A DNA stretch of 64,000 nt from a virus (lineage: Duplodnaviria; Caudoviricetes): positions 14,431-78,430 of IMG/VR virus record IMGVR_UViG_3300032303_001800; one strand, 5' to 3'. The notes under the pieces are model-generated. The model was not told the DNA's origin and made no database searches. It saw nothing but the letters and a program-made list of their open reading frames with translations. Below are positions 1 to 6,149 of the stretch, piece after piece. Every line of letters starts with the position of its first letter. The stretch's first letter is position 1. The position numbers were made by a program, and so were the translations under genes.

Positions 1-168
1 CGTAGCGAACGATGCCACCACTCCTAGAGCAAGTGAAACCAACCACACCAGAGCGGGCGCGGTCAAGTCACCTACTGCCTTAGTGCTGGCGATGTAGGCA
101 AACGCATAGACGATTACCCCCATGAGCAGAGCGAACAACTTTTCGCCCCTAGTACCTTCGCGTGTCAT
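1..168 (-). CDS. Small membrane protein, 3' end runs off the window (MTREGTRGEKLFALLMGVIVYAFAYIA...)
   Basis: Translated by hand: ATG at 168 after GAAAGG RBS; two hydrophobic stretches; own promoter at 207-234. Confidence 0.65.
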   Translation of the reverse strand, partial: MTREGTRGEKLFALLMGVIVYAFAYIASTKAVGDLTAPALVWLVSLALGVVASFAT

Positions 169-206
169 TGTTACCTTTCCGTAGGGCGTTTGCCCTAACA
201 ATGAAC

Positions 207-234
207 AGCATAACAGGATGAGCGATTAAGTCAA
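207..234 (-). promoter_or_regulatory. sigma70/SigA-type promoter of cassette A
   Basis: Minus strand TTGACT-16nt-TATGCT, followed by leader hairpin TAGGGC-AAAC-GCCCTA and RBS. Confidence 0.7.
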
Positions 235-364
235 GTATTTTTTTGCGCGATGGATACAAAAGCCCCTCGGAAAGTTCCCAGAAATCTTTGGGAGAACCTG
301 GCTACGCATGCGCGATTGTATGTGCGCGATTACATGTGCGCGATGCTCGGCGCAGGGGCAAAGC

Positions 365-391
365 AAAAGGGGCGGGCTTGCGCCCGCCCCC
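365..391 (-). terminator. Intrinsic terminator after the 32-aa gene
   Basis: Minus strand GGGGCGGGC-GCAA-GCCCGCCCC followed by TTTT. Confidence 0.7.
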
Positions 392-401
392 CTGCCGGTG
401 G

Positions 402-500
402 CTACTGCCAGAGTTTCCACCAGACCCACCCGCCCCCGATTTGGGCGCGGTCAGAGAAATGCGAGGTGATGCGACGGATAAGAGGGCGAACTGCCTTCAT
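402..500 (-). CDS. 32-aa micro-protein MKAVRPLIRRITSHFSDRAQIGGGWVWWKLWQ
   Basis: GAAAGGGG RBS, own promoter (528-555) and terminator; below the ORF-track cutoff. Confidence 0.6.
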   Translation of the reverse strand: MKAVRPLIRRITSHFSDRAQIGGGWVWWKLWQ

Positions 501-527
501 TTTAACCCCTTTCAGTTGGTTAGTTAC

Positions 528-555
528 ATTGTAGCAGATTTTTTAGACTTTGGAA
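528..555 (-). promoter_or_regulatory. Promoter of cassette B
   Basis: TTCCAA-16nt-TACAAT on the minus strand. Confidence 0.55.
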
Positions 556-623
556 GCATCGCGCGTGCGCGATGGACAAAAACTGTGCTAAACTTTGCGC
601 GATGTTAGGGGGGGAGTTGGGGG

Positions 624-637
624 CGAACACTTGTTCG
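624..637. promoter_or_regulatory. LexA/SOS-box-like palindrome
   Basis: CGAAC-ACTT-GTTCG, matches the Gram-positive/actinobacterial CGAAC-N4-GTTCG consensus. Confidence 0.65.
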
Positions 638-651
638 CCCCGCTCCGCGCC

Positions 652-774
652 CTAGAGCCACACCTCCGCAACCTCGCAGGGAGCGCACGCCTCAAGCGTG
701 ACGCACGAACGCGAGGCGGGTGAATACACCTCGACCTCGACCGTGGGGGCATCGGCCCCGCAAAAATCGCACAT
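652..774 (-). CDS. 40-aa CxxC...CxxC zinc-ribbon-like micro-protein (MCDFCGADAPTVEVEVYSPASRSCVTLEACAPCEVAEVWL)
   Basis: Hand translation; GGAAGGG RBS; paired CxxC motifs. Confidence 0.6.
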   Translation of the reverse strand: MCDFCGADAPTVEVEVYSPASRSCVTLEACAPCEVAEVWL

Positions 775-865
775 AATAACCCTTCCGCGGGGGAGCATCC
801 ACCGCTAGAACCACAATAGCAGGAAAACGCCGAGGTGGGGAAAATCGCGCATGCGCGATGACTTG

Positions 866-905
866 ACACGGGGCAAAAGAAGAGGGGCGGGTTTCCCCGC
901 CCCTC
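866..905 (-). terminator. Intrinsic terminator after the 59-aa gene
   Basis: Minus strand GAGGGGCGGG-GAAA-CCCGCCCCTC followed by TTCTTTT. Confidence 0.7.
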
Positions 906-914
906 CCCCGCGTG

Positions 915-1094
915 CTACATGTAGTCGCACGCCTCGTTTTCCGCGCCGTGCGTGGATGGGGTGCCCCAAACGATTTCGGTGGGGGTGCCATCGTAGAACG
1001 GTTCGATGTGACCGCAGGCGGAACAGCGAACGGAAAGCACATCCGAGATGGGGCAAAGGCGTGCGCCCTCGTCCCCGCAAAATGAACACTTCAT
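915..1094 (-). CDS. 59-aa zinc-ribbon-like protein (MKCSFCGDEGARLCPISDVLSVRCSACGHIEPFYDG...)
   Basis: Hand translation; GAAAGGG RBS; CxxC...CxxC; own promoter and terminator. Confidence 0.7.
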   Translation of the reverse strand: MKCSFCGDEGARLCPISDVLSVRCSACGHIEPFYDGTPTEIVWGTPSTHGAENEACDYM

Positions 1095-1135
1095 AAATCC
1101 CTTTCGTTTTATCGGCTTCGTTACCGATAGGAGAG

Positions 1136-1164
1136 AGTCTAGTCAGACTATTTAGGGAAAGCAA
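1136..1164 (-). promoter_or_regulatory. Promoter of cassette D
   Basis: TTGCTT-17nt-TAGACT, leader hairpin ATCGG-TAACGAAG-CCGAT. Confidence 0.7.
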
Positions 1165-1381
1165 CTATTTTTTTGCGCGATACAAAAAAGATACAGAAAC
1201 TTCACAGAAACTTTTCCAGAAAGTTTAGTGCGCGTGCGCGATTGCGTGTGCGCGATGATTTCCGGACAGAGAGTTTCCCAGAAATCGCGCACGCGGGAGA
1301 CAATACCGTGCGCGATGGACTCGGCGGGCAAAAAAAAGAGGGGCAGGGCTCACGCCCCGCCCCCCCCTCAAAGGCTCCCCC

Positions 1382-1600
1382 CTAAAACCATCGGGAGATG
1401 CCCGCCCAAAGGCGTAGGGCATCCTCTCGGGTGCGGTAGAGGTGTCCGTCATCGCTCAACGGCTTACCATCGGCGCCAAACAGGGTAAGCGTGAAGAAAG
1501 AGCCGTGGTCAAACTCATGGCTCGGGTTGTAGTGGCGGTTGATGGTCGCCGTGACCTCACCCGCGGGCGAAGTGAGAGTGTCAGTCAGTTCGTAAATCAT
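1382..1600 (-). CDS. 72-aa hypothetical protein
   Basis: ORF track; GAAAGGG RBS, own promoter; GC hairpin plus T-tract at about 1329-1370. Confidence 0.75.
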   Translation of the reverse strand: MIYELTDTLTSPAGEVTATINRHYNPSHEFDHGSFFTLTLFGADGKPLSDDGHLYRTREDALRLWAGISRWF

Positions 1601-1645
1601 TGTAAATCCCTTTCGTACTCACCGGCATTGTTGCCGATGGTACAG

Positions 1646-1674
1646 AGTTTAGTGAGCGTTTTTTAGAAAGTCAA
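1646..1674 (-). promoter_or_regulatory. Promoter of cassette E
   Basis: TTGACT-17nt-TAAACT, leader hairpin TCGGCA-ACAA-TGCCGG. Confidence 0.75.
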
Positions 1675-1744
1675 GCATCGCGCGTGCGCGATAGGGGAAA
1701 ACCCCGATAAACTTTGCGCGATGACGTAGGGTTTGGTTTGGGGG

Positions 1745-1758
1745 CGAACACTTGTTCG
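1745..1758. promoter_or_regulatory. LexA/SOS-box-like palindrome
   Basis: CGAAC-ACTT-GTTCG, identical to 624-637 including the GGGG/CCCC flanks. Confidence 0.65.
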
Positions 1759-1773
1759 CCCCCGCCCCTTGCC

Positions 1774-2052
1774 TTAGTCATCCTCTCGCGGGTTGGTGTG
1801 GGTGAGTAGGAGTTCGACTAGTGCGGTGTAGGCATCCTCGCTAGGGGAGCACCACGCTAGGCGGGTGTGGGCTAGGGCGTTCGCCCGCACCGCTTCCGCT
1901 TCCGTGGCGTACCAAAAGGCGAACAGGGAGAAATAGCGTTCGCCGTCAGATGCGCTGACCTGAACGCCGAAATAGGGGTGGGTGTCCTCGGCGTACCAAC
2001 CCCAATGACGGGGTTCGTTGGTCAAGGTAACTTGGGCGGAAGTGTAAATCAT
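1774..2052 (-). CDS. 92-aa hypothetical protein (MIYTSAQVTLT...)
   Basis: True start at 2052 after GAAAGGG; the 5' end (acaATGATTTAC) is shared with the 1382..1600 gene. Confidence 0.75.
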   Translation of the reverse strand: MIYTSAQVTLTNEPRHWGWYAEDTHPYFGVQVSASDGERYFSLFAFWYATEAEAVRANALAHTRLAWCSPSEDAYTALVELLLTHTNPREDD

Positions 2053-2098
2053 TGTAAAACCCTTTCGGTTGGTGTCGGTATTGTTACCGATGGTACTG

Positions 2099-2127
2099 AG
2101 CCTAGTGAGCAAAAAAGTAAAAAGCAA
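2099..2127 (-). promoter_or_regulatory. Promoter of cassette F
   Basis: TTGCTT-17nt-TAGGCT, leader hairpin TCGGTA-ACAA-TACCGA. Confidence 0.7.
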
Positions 2128-2135
2128 CTATTTTT

Positions 2136-2315
2136 TTGCGCGATACATTTGTTCGTCAGAATGTTTTCAGAAATCTCAGCGGGGGCGTTGGGTTACGTGC
2201 GCGATGGATTTTGTGCGCGATACATTTGTTTGTCAGAAAGTTTTCCAGAAACATCGCGCAGGGGTTTCCGTATGCGTGCGCGATACATTTTCTCCTCAGA
2301 AAGTTTCCAGAAATC
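2136..2315 (+). repeat. Three imperfect copies of a roughly 38-bp unit (GCGCGATACATTT...CAGAAAGTTTTCCAGAAA)
   Basis: Copies start near 2138, 2215 and 2278; related units near 246 and 1175. Confidence 0.7.
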
Positions 2316-2353
2316 CTCGGAGCGCGCAGGGGTTACGTGCGCGATGCCGATGG

Positions 2354-2465
2354 CGAACAAGTGTTCGCCGCAAAAAAGCGAACATTTGTTCGCTTTAGTT
2401 ATCCACAGACTTATCCACAGGCTGTGGTTTATTCTGTGGGTTATTGGATGGCGAACGCTTGTTCG
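2354..2465. promoter_or_regulatory. Cluster of three SOS boxes enclosing DnaA boxes
   Basis: CGAAC-N4-GTTCG at 2354-2367, 2379-2392 and 2452-2465; TTATCCACA at 2399-2407 and 2411-2419; degenerate inverted boxes at 2423-2431 and 2435-2443. Confidence 0.65.
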
Positions 2466-2583
2466 TTTTCTCCTATTCCTGACTAGTTAAGTCATGTTTC
2501 GGGCGGGCGTGCGGGGGTATGCGTTTTTATGCGTGGAGATGTGTTTTTAATCATCGGGCTAGATGTGCGCGATGTGGCGCGTA

Positions 2584-2693
2584 GGGCGCGGGATGTGATA
2601 ACATCCCGCGCCCATCGTGGCGCGTGCGTGATGCGTGATGCGTGATGCGTGATGCGTTGCGATAGGCGCGGGCGTGATGCCCGCGCCTATCGC
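2584..2693. repeat. Two perfect hairpins flanking a (TGCGTGA)4 tandem repeat
   Basis: 13-bp stem at 2584-2613, heptamer tandem at 2625-2657, 15-bp stem at 2659-2693. Confidence 0.85.
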
Positions 2694-2703
2694 GTGCGAT
2701 GCG

Positions 2704-3588
2704 TTACAACGCTACCGCGTGACCGCGCTTTACCACACGCGATGTCCAATCTTCGACATCTTCGATGTCATCCCATAGACCGGCGATGTCTGAGCGATGC
2801 GCAATACGCTGTCGAACATCGTTCGACATCGTAACGCTCTCATCGTGGCGGGCAAGGATGGACTCAGCGAGTGACCGCGCACCGGTAGCGATACCGCGAG
2901 ACTCCAGATTATCCAGATGCCCTACGGGGTCGCGCCACAATACAGGGCAACCACAAACGCGCACCGCGAGAAACTTTCGTTCCTCGTTGATGTGCGCGAC
3001 TGTCTCGCTTTCATCGCGACTCCATGCCGTCATTGGAGCCAACAACATCATCGCGTTGTTATCGTGACCGCCTGACGCGTAGAGCAGACTGTTTAGCAAC
3101 AGTCCATCGGCGTTAATAGTGATGATGTTCCATGCGCTCTGCGAATGTTGCGCGTTGCGAATGATAAGAACGCCACCATTCGTTAGGAACGATGTCATCT
3201 CTGCCAACGATGCGAAAGTGCCACTAGTCGCGATGACATCATCCATGAGCGCGCTTAGCACCTTGTCGCGCTTAGTGCGTGTTGCCATCTTCACGCGAAC
3301 ATCGTTCGCGGGCGTGATGACATTGACACCCTCGCGCTTTTTGTCTTTCGTGACATTGTCAGAAAGTTGCGCGATGACTGATGCGATGAACGCGTTAGCG
3401 CGATTGTAAGTAGTCATCGCTCCATGAGTGATAACACCACCATCACTAGGCGCGATGTTCGTTCGACAAATGTGTCGCTCTGCTATCTCATCGGCGATGT
3501 GTGATGCGATGCCGTTAGCGCGTGCCATGTCTCCAATCAGTTTGCGCGTACGGTCGCGGTCTTTCGTGTTGTTGTTGATGCGTGTCAT
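2704..3588 (-). CDS. 294-aa hypothetical protein (probably early)
   Basis: Long ORF; likely start MTRINN at 3588 after GAAAGG; no motif recognised. Confidence 0.75.
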   Translation of the reverse strand: MTRINNNTKDRDRTRKLIGDMARANGIASHIADEIAERHICRTNIAPSDGGVITHGAMTTYNRANAFIASVIAQLSDNVTKDKKREGVNVITPANDVRVKMATRTKRDKVLSALMDDVIATSGTFASLAEMTSFLTNGGVLIIRNAQHSQSAWNIITINADGLLLNSLLYASGGHDNNAMMLLAPMTAWSRDESETVAHINEERKFLAVRVCGCPVLWRDPVGHLDNLESRGIATGARSLAESILARHDESVTMSNDVRQRIAHRSDIAGLWDDIEDVEDWTSRVVKRGHAVAL

Positions 3589-3724
3589 GTTGTTACCTTT
3601 CGTTGAGTGGCGAACGCGGGCGCGCTCTTTAACCACACTCAAACAATACACCAACCATTACACGCAAGCAGCCATTGGGACCAATGCAGTGCCCACACGT
3701 CTGAATTTTACACCTCCTATATAA

Positions 3725-3771
3725 GAACATATGTTCAAACCGTAGACAGGCTACAAAAAGTATGCTATGCT
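3725..3771 (+). promoter_or_regulatory. Promoter with an adjacent SOS-core palindrome; leaderless start
   Basis: GAAC-ATAT-GTTC at 3725-3736; TAGACA-17nt-TATGCT at 3743-3771; ATG 7 nt downstream. Confidence 0.55.
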
Positions 3772-3778
3772 ATCACAC

Positions 3779-4552
3779 ATGGAGAATATTACCTATATTG
3801 ACAATGACGGCTCGTATCGGTCGGCCAAGGCCTACCAATTGCTCGGGCAGCGGGACTTCGCGGTGAACCAGGAGCGGATTCGGGCATTATTTACCAATAG
3901 TAGGGTCAATGTCTCCATCACGCCTGGTGGAGTCAAGGTTACCTGGCCCAAGGGTCAGAAGATTATCTTCACTGGTGAATTTTTTTTCCGGGGGGAAGAT
4001 GGAGAACTCGAGTCAGTACCAGAGTTCAGCATTATCGACCCACTCAAAGCCCTCAAGGACGCCTGGGGTGCAACAAGCAGCGCTGCTGCTGTTAATAGGT
4101 TTAAGGGGCTAGAATCGAACCTCAGAGGCCTCTACGACCATTCTGTTGGCGCAGTTAGGAACATTCGGGAAGACATTAACCAGTACTTCCATGTTACTAG
4201 TGATTTCGGGGGTGCTATGTTGCTCCAGGGGCCTTCTAAGGAGGACGAGGAGTTGATGCGTCACGAAGATTTGGCTGATGTGTTCAAGGTAGGGAAGTGT
4301 TGGGAAGAAAAGGATACTAGGGCGTTATTCTCATTTTTTTCTCAGACAAATTCCGGGGGGATTACTCCAGTTGTGAACGTGACACACCGTTACACTGGCT
4401 CACTTGACAATTGCTCCCTTAAAAGCCTATATATCTACGCATACGGCTTTGACGAAGGAGTCAACGTCTTCCCTAACGACGTAATAGTGCGTTACAATAA
4501 TAAGTACACAATTATTCGTAATGTTGTCCGTGAAGATAAGCACGTCGATTAA
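3779..4552 (+). CDS. Hypothetical protein (about 257 aa)
   Basis: ORF track 3767..4552; the second ATG fits the leaderless promoter. Confidence 0.8.
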   Translation: MENITYIDNDGSYRSAKAYQLLGQRDFAVNQERIRALFTNSRVNVSITPGGVKVTWPKGQKIIFTGEFFFRGEDGELESVPEFSIIDPLKALKDAWGATSSAAAVNRFKGLESNLRGLYDHSVGAVRNIREDINQYFHVTSDFGGAMLLQGPSKEDEELMRHEDLADVFKVGKCWEEKDTRALFSFFSQTNSGGITPVVNVTHRYTGSLDNCSLKSLYIYAYGFDEGVNVFPNDVIVRYNNKYTIIRNVVREDKHVD

Positions 4553-4760
4553 TCCTTTGCGATAGCAAAGACCCAATAACCCAAATTTTAAGAAAAATTT
4601 TTGATGCGCCGTTGGCGCGCGGGCAAAAAATTTTTTAGGCCTATGCCCAGAATTTTTTTAGGTGTTTCTACTGTTATGAACAAATGTTCAGAGGGGCCCT
4701 TAAATAAATAGAATGTGTCTTGCGTATTTTGGCAAAGCAGGTCAAACTAGACAGAAAGTT

Positions 4761-4997
4761 CTATAAATCTAGGTAGGGGGTTCCGCGGTCGAGCGCGGCC
4801 CGGATTTCGGCGGCCGCGGCGTCGGCCTCGGCGCGAGTGGCGTATTCGGCCAACGGAACGCGCAAGTACCGAAAGGGAACGGTTTCGCTACTCGAGGTGC
4901 ACGCCATAAGAATGTAGGTTTCCCCTACGGCCCTGCATTGCTCCTTCTGGCGCGGGATGTCCCAGTCGGGTTTGCCCATCACAAGAATGCTAATCAT
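4761..4997 (-). CDS. Small hypothetical protein
   Basis: ORF track; lies downstream of the tRNA cluster in the same orientation. Confidence 0.5.
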   Translation of the reverse strand: MISILVMGKPDWDIPRQKEQCRAVGETYILMACTSSSETVPFRYLRVPLAEYATRAEADAAAAEIRAALDRGTPYLDL

Positions 4998-5033
4998 TTT
5001 ACCCCCAAAATTGGCCGTTCAGCCACGTTTCCT

Positions 5034-5121
5034 TGGAGGAAGTGGAGGGATTCGAACCCCCGGAGGCTCTCACCTCTCCTGTTTTCAAGACAGGTACCAT
5101 AAACCGCTCGGTCACACTTCC
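5034..5121 (-). tRNA. tRNA-Ser(UGA)
   Basis: Cloverleaf read by hand: GGAAGTG/CACTTCC acceptor, CCTGT-CT TGA AA-ACAGG anticodon arm, long variable arm, TTCGAAT T-loop, encoded CCA. Confidence 0.92.
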
Positions 5122-5126
5122 GTTAG

Positions 5127-5193
5127 CGCAGGCGGTAGGACTTGCACCCACACCGAGACCCGAAGGTCCCTGCTACTTTTACACCACGCCTGC
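5127..5193 (-). ncRNA. Anticodon-less tRNA-like RNA
   Basis: GCAGGCG/CGCCTGC acceptor stem, D-like TGGTGTAAAAGTAGCA, GGGACC-TTCG-GGTCTC hairpin in place of the anticodon arm, GTGGG-TGCAAGT-CCTAC T arm; packed between two tRNAs. Confidence 0.7.
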
Positions 5194-5194
5194 T

Positions 5195-5280
5195 TGGTTG
5201 CACGAGAGGGATTCGAACCCCCGAACTCAAAAGAGGGATGGTTTACAGCCATCAGCGTTTGACCACTTCGCTATCGTGCA
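5195..5280 (-). tRNA. tRNA-Tyr(GUA)
   Basis: TGCACGA/TCGTGCA acceptor, GATGG-CT GTA AA-CCATC, long variable arm, encoded CCA. Confidence 0.92.
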
Positions 5281-5414
5281 ATGTTGAGGGCCCCAGGCGT
5301 ATCGCAATTTTCCCTAGAGCCATTCCCGCACTCATATGATTCGCGTTATCATACAAAGTACACGTACCCCCGTTGTACACCGGGCGGTACGTTTAAATTA
5401 CGACGGGTATCAGA

Positions 5415-5870
5415 TTACAGCGAGGCCTGGAGTTGCCAGTTCCACTTCTGATGAGCGTCAAGACGCTCGGCAATGAAGTTGGCAATACCTTGCTGATTGG
5501 CTGAAGAAGCAACGCGGAACGCAGCGTTCAGTGAAACTATTACGCCAGTATTGGTAGCCAACAAATCTTCGACCAATGTTCTTGCACTGAAGTTGGCGGC
5601 GTTTTCGTCGTCAACCGTGGCATGCTCGGAAAGGTCCCAGAGACAAAACGGTGCAACTGAGCCCATCTTGCGAATGTTCTCTGCAAAAGGGTCAAGGCTA
5701 CCGTAGACATCTTCATAGATTTCGGCAAATTTATCGTGCCACTGTGGAAAATCGGGGTCCACAACATTCCAGTGAAAACCGTGCGCGCGGTGATACATAA
5801 TCGTAGCATTAGCCAGAACTGGCATCAGCGCATCTGCGACTGACTTCATGCTTTCATCTTGAGTAATCAT
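5415..5870 (-). CDS. dps: Dps family ferritin-like DNA-protection protein
   Basis: HGFHWNV..PDF...HDKFAEIYE...LDPFAENIRKMG ferroxidase-centre signature; 151 aa. Confidence 0.92.
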   Translation of the reverse strand: MITQDESMKSVADALMPVLANATIMYHRAHGFHWNVVDPDFPQWHDKFAEIYEDVYGSLDPFAENIRKMGSVAPFCLWDLSEHATVDDENAANFSARTLVEDLLATNTGVIVSLNAAFRVASSANQQGIANFIAERLDAHQKWNWQLQASL

Positions 5871-6059
5871 TTACTCCTCTTCCTCTTTGGGGATTAGATT
5901 GATAGTAAGTTCGTAGCGCCCATCTTCCACAAAATTCCACGGGTCAGTCATTTCAACCTCGCCGTAGATATTTGTGTGTTCGACGGTGATAATATCAGGA
6001 TTTGACTCCTGGCGCTGCATCACTAACTTGATTTGAAAATTCATTTCAAAATTATTCAT
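5871..6059 (-). CDS. Hypothetical protein
   Basis: ORF abutting dps; AAGGA RBS. Confidence 0.65.
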   Translation of the reverse strand: MNNFEMNFQIKLVMQRQESNPDIITVEHTNIYGEVEMTDPWNFVEDGRYELTINLIPKEEEE

Positions 6060-6069
6060 AATTTCCTTG

Positions 6070-6141
6070 CTGCTCGGGAGGGACTCGAACCTTCAACCTT
6101 TGCATTAACAGTGCACTACTCTGCCATTGAGTTACCGAGCA
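6070..6141 (-). tRNA. tRNA-Asn(GUU)
   Basis: TGCTCGG/CCGAGCA acceptor, CT GTT AA anticodon loop, TTCGAGT T-loop; CCA not encoded. Confidence 0.88.
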
Positions 6142-6149
6142 AAATCCGG

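Noticed and set aside
240-2350. Possible CRISPR or mini-CRISPR array in the repeated left region
   Set aside because: Repeats are degenerate, irregularly spaced and coincide with promoters and terminators; there is no constant repeat-spacer period and no cas gene
226-2490. GC-rich ORF-track entries on either strand (e.g. 243..608, 851..1096, 1978..2490)
   Set aside because: No RBS, they run through promoters and palindromes, and better-supported short minus-strand genes explain the region
4678-4689. GAAC-AAAT-GTTC as a functional SOS box
   Set aside because: Core-only match between convergent genes with no clear promoter; compatible with chance
5127-5193. tmRNA or ordinary tRNA pseudogene
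   Set aside because: No G3-U70 pair, tag ORF or pseudoknots for tmRNA; intact stems and a cUUCGg loop argue against simple decay, so it is kept as a tRNA-like ncRNA
4957-5339. ORFs 4957..5262, 5033..5287 and 5142..5339
   Set aside because: Antisense read-through of tRNA genes
5034-6141. Prophage attachment site at the tRNAs
   Set aside because: No duplicated tRNA 3' end, no integrase and no host genes in the window
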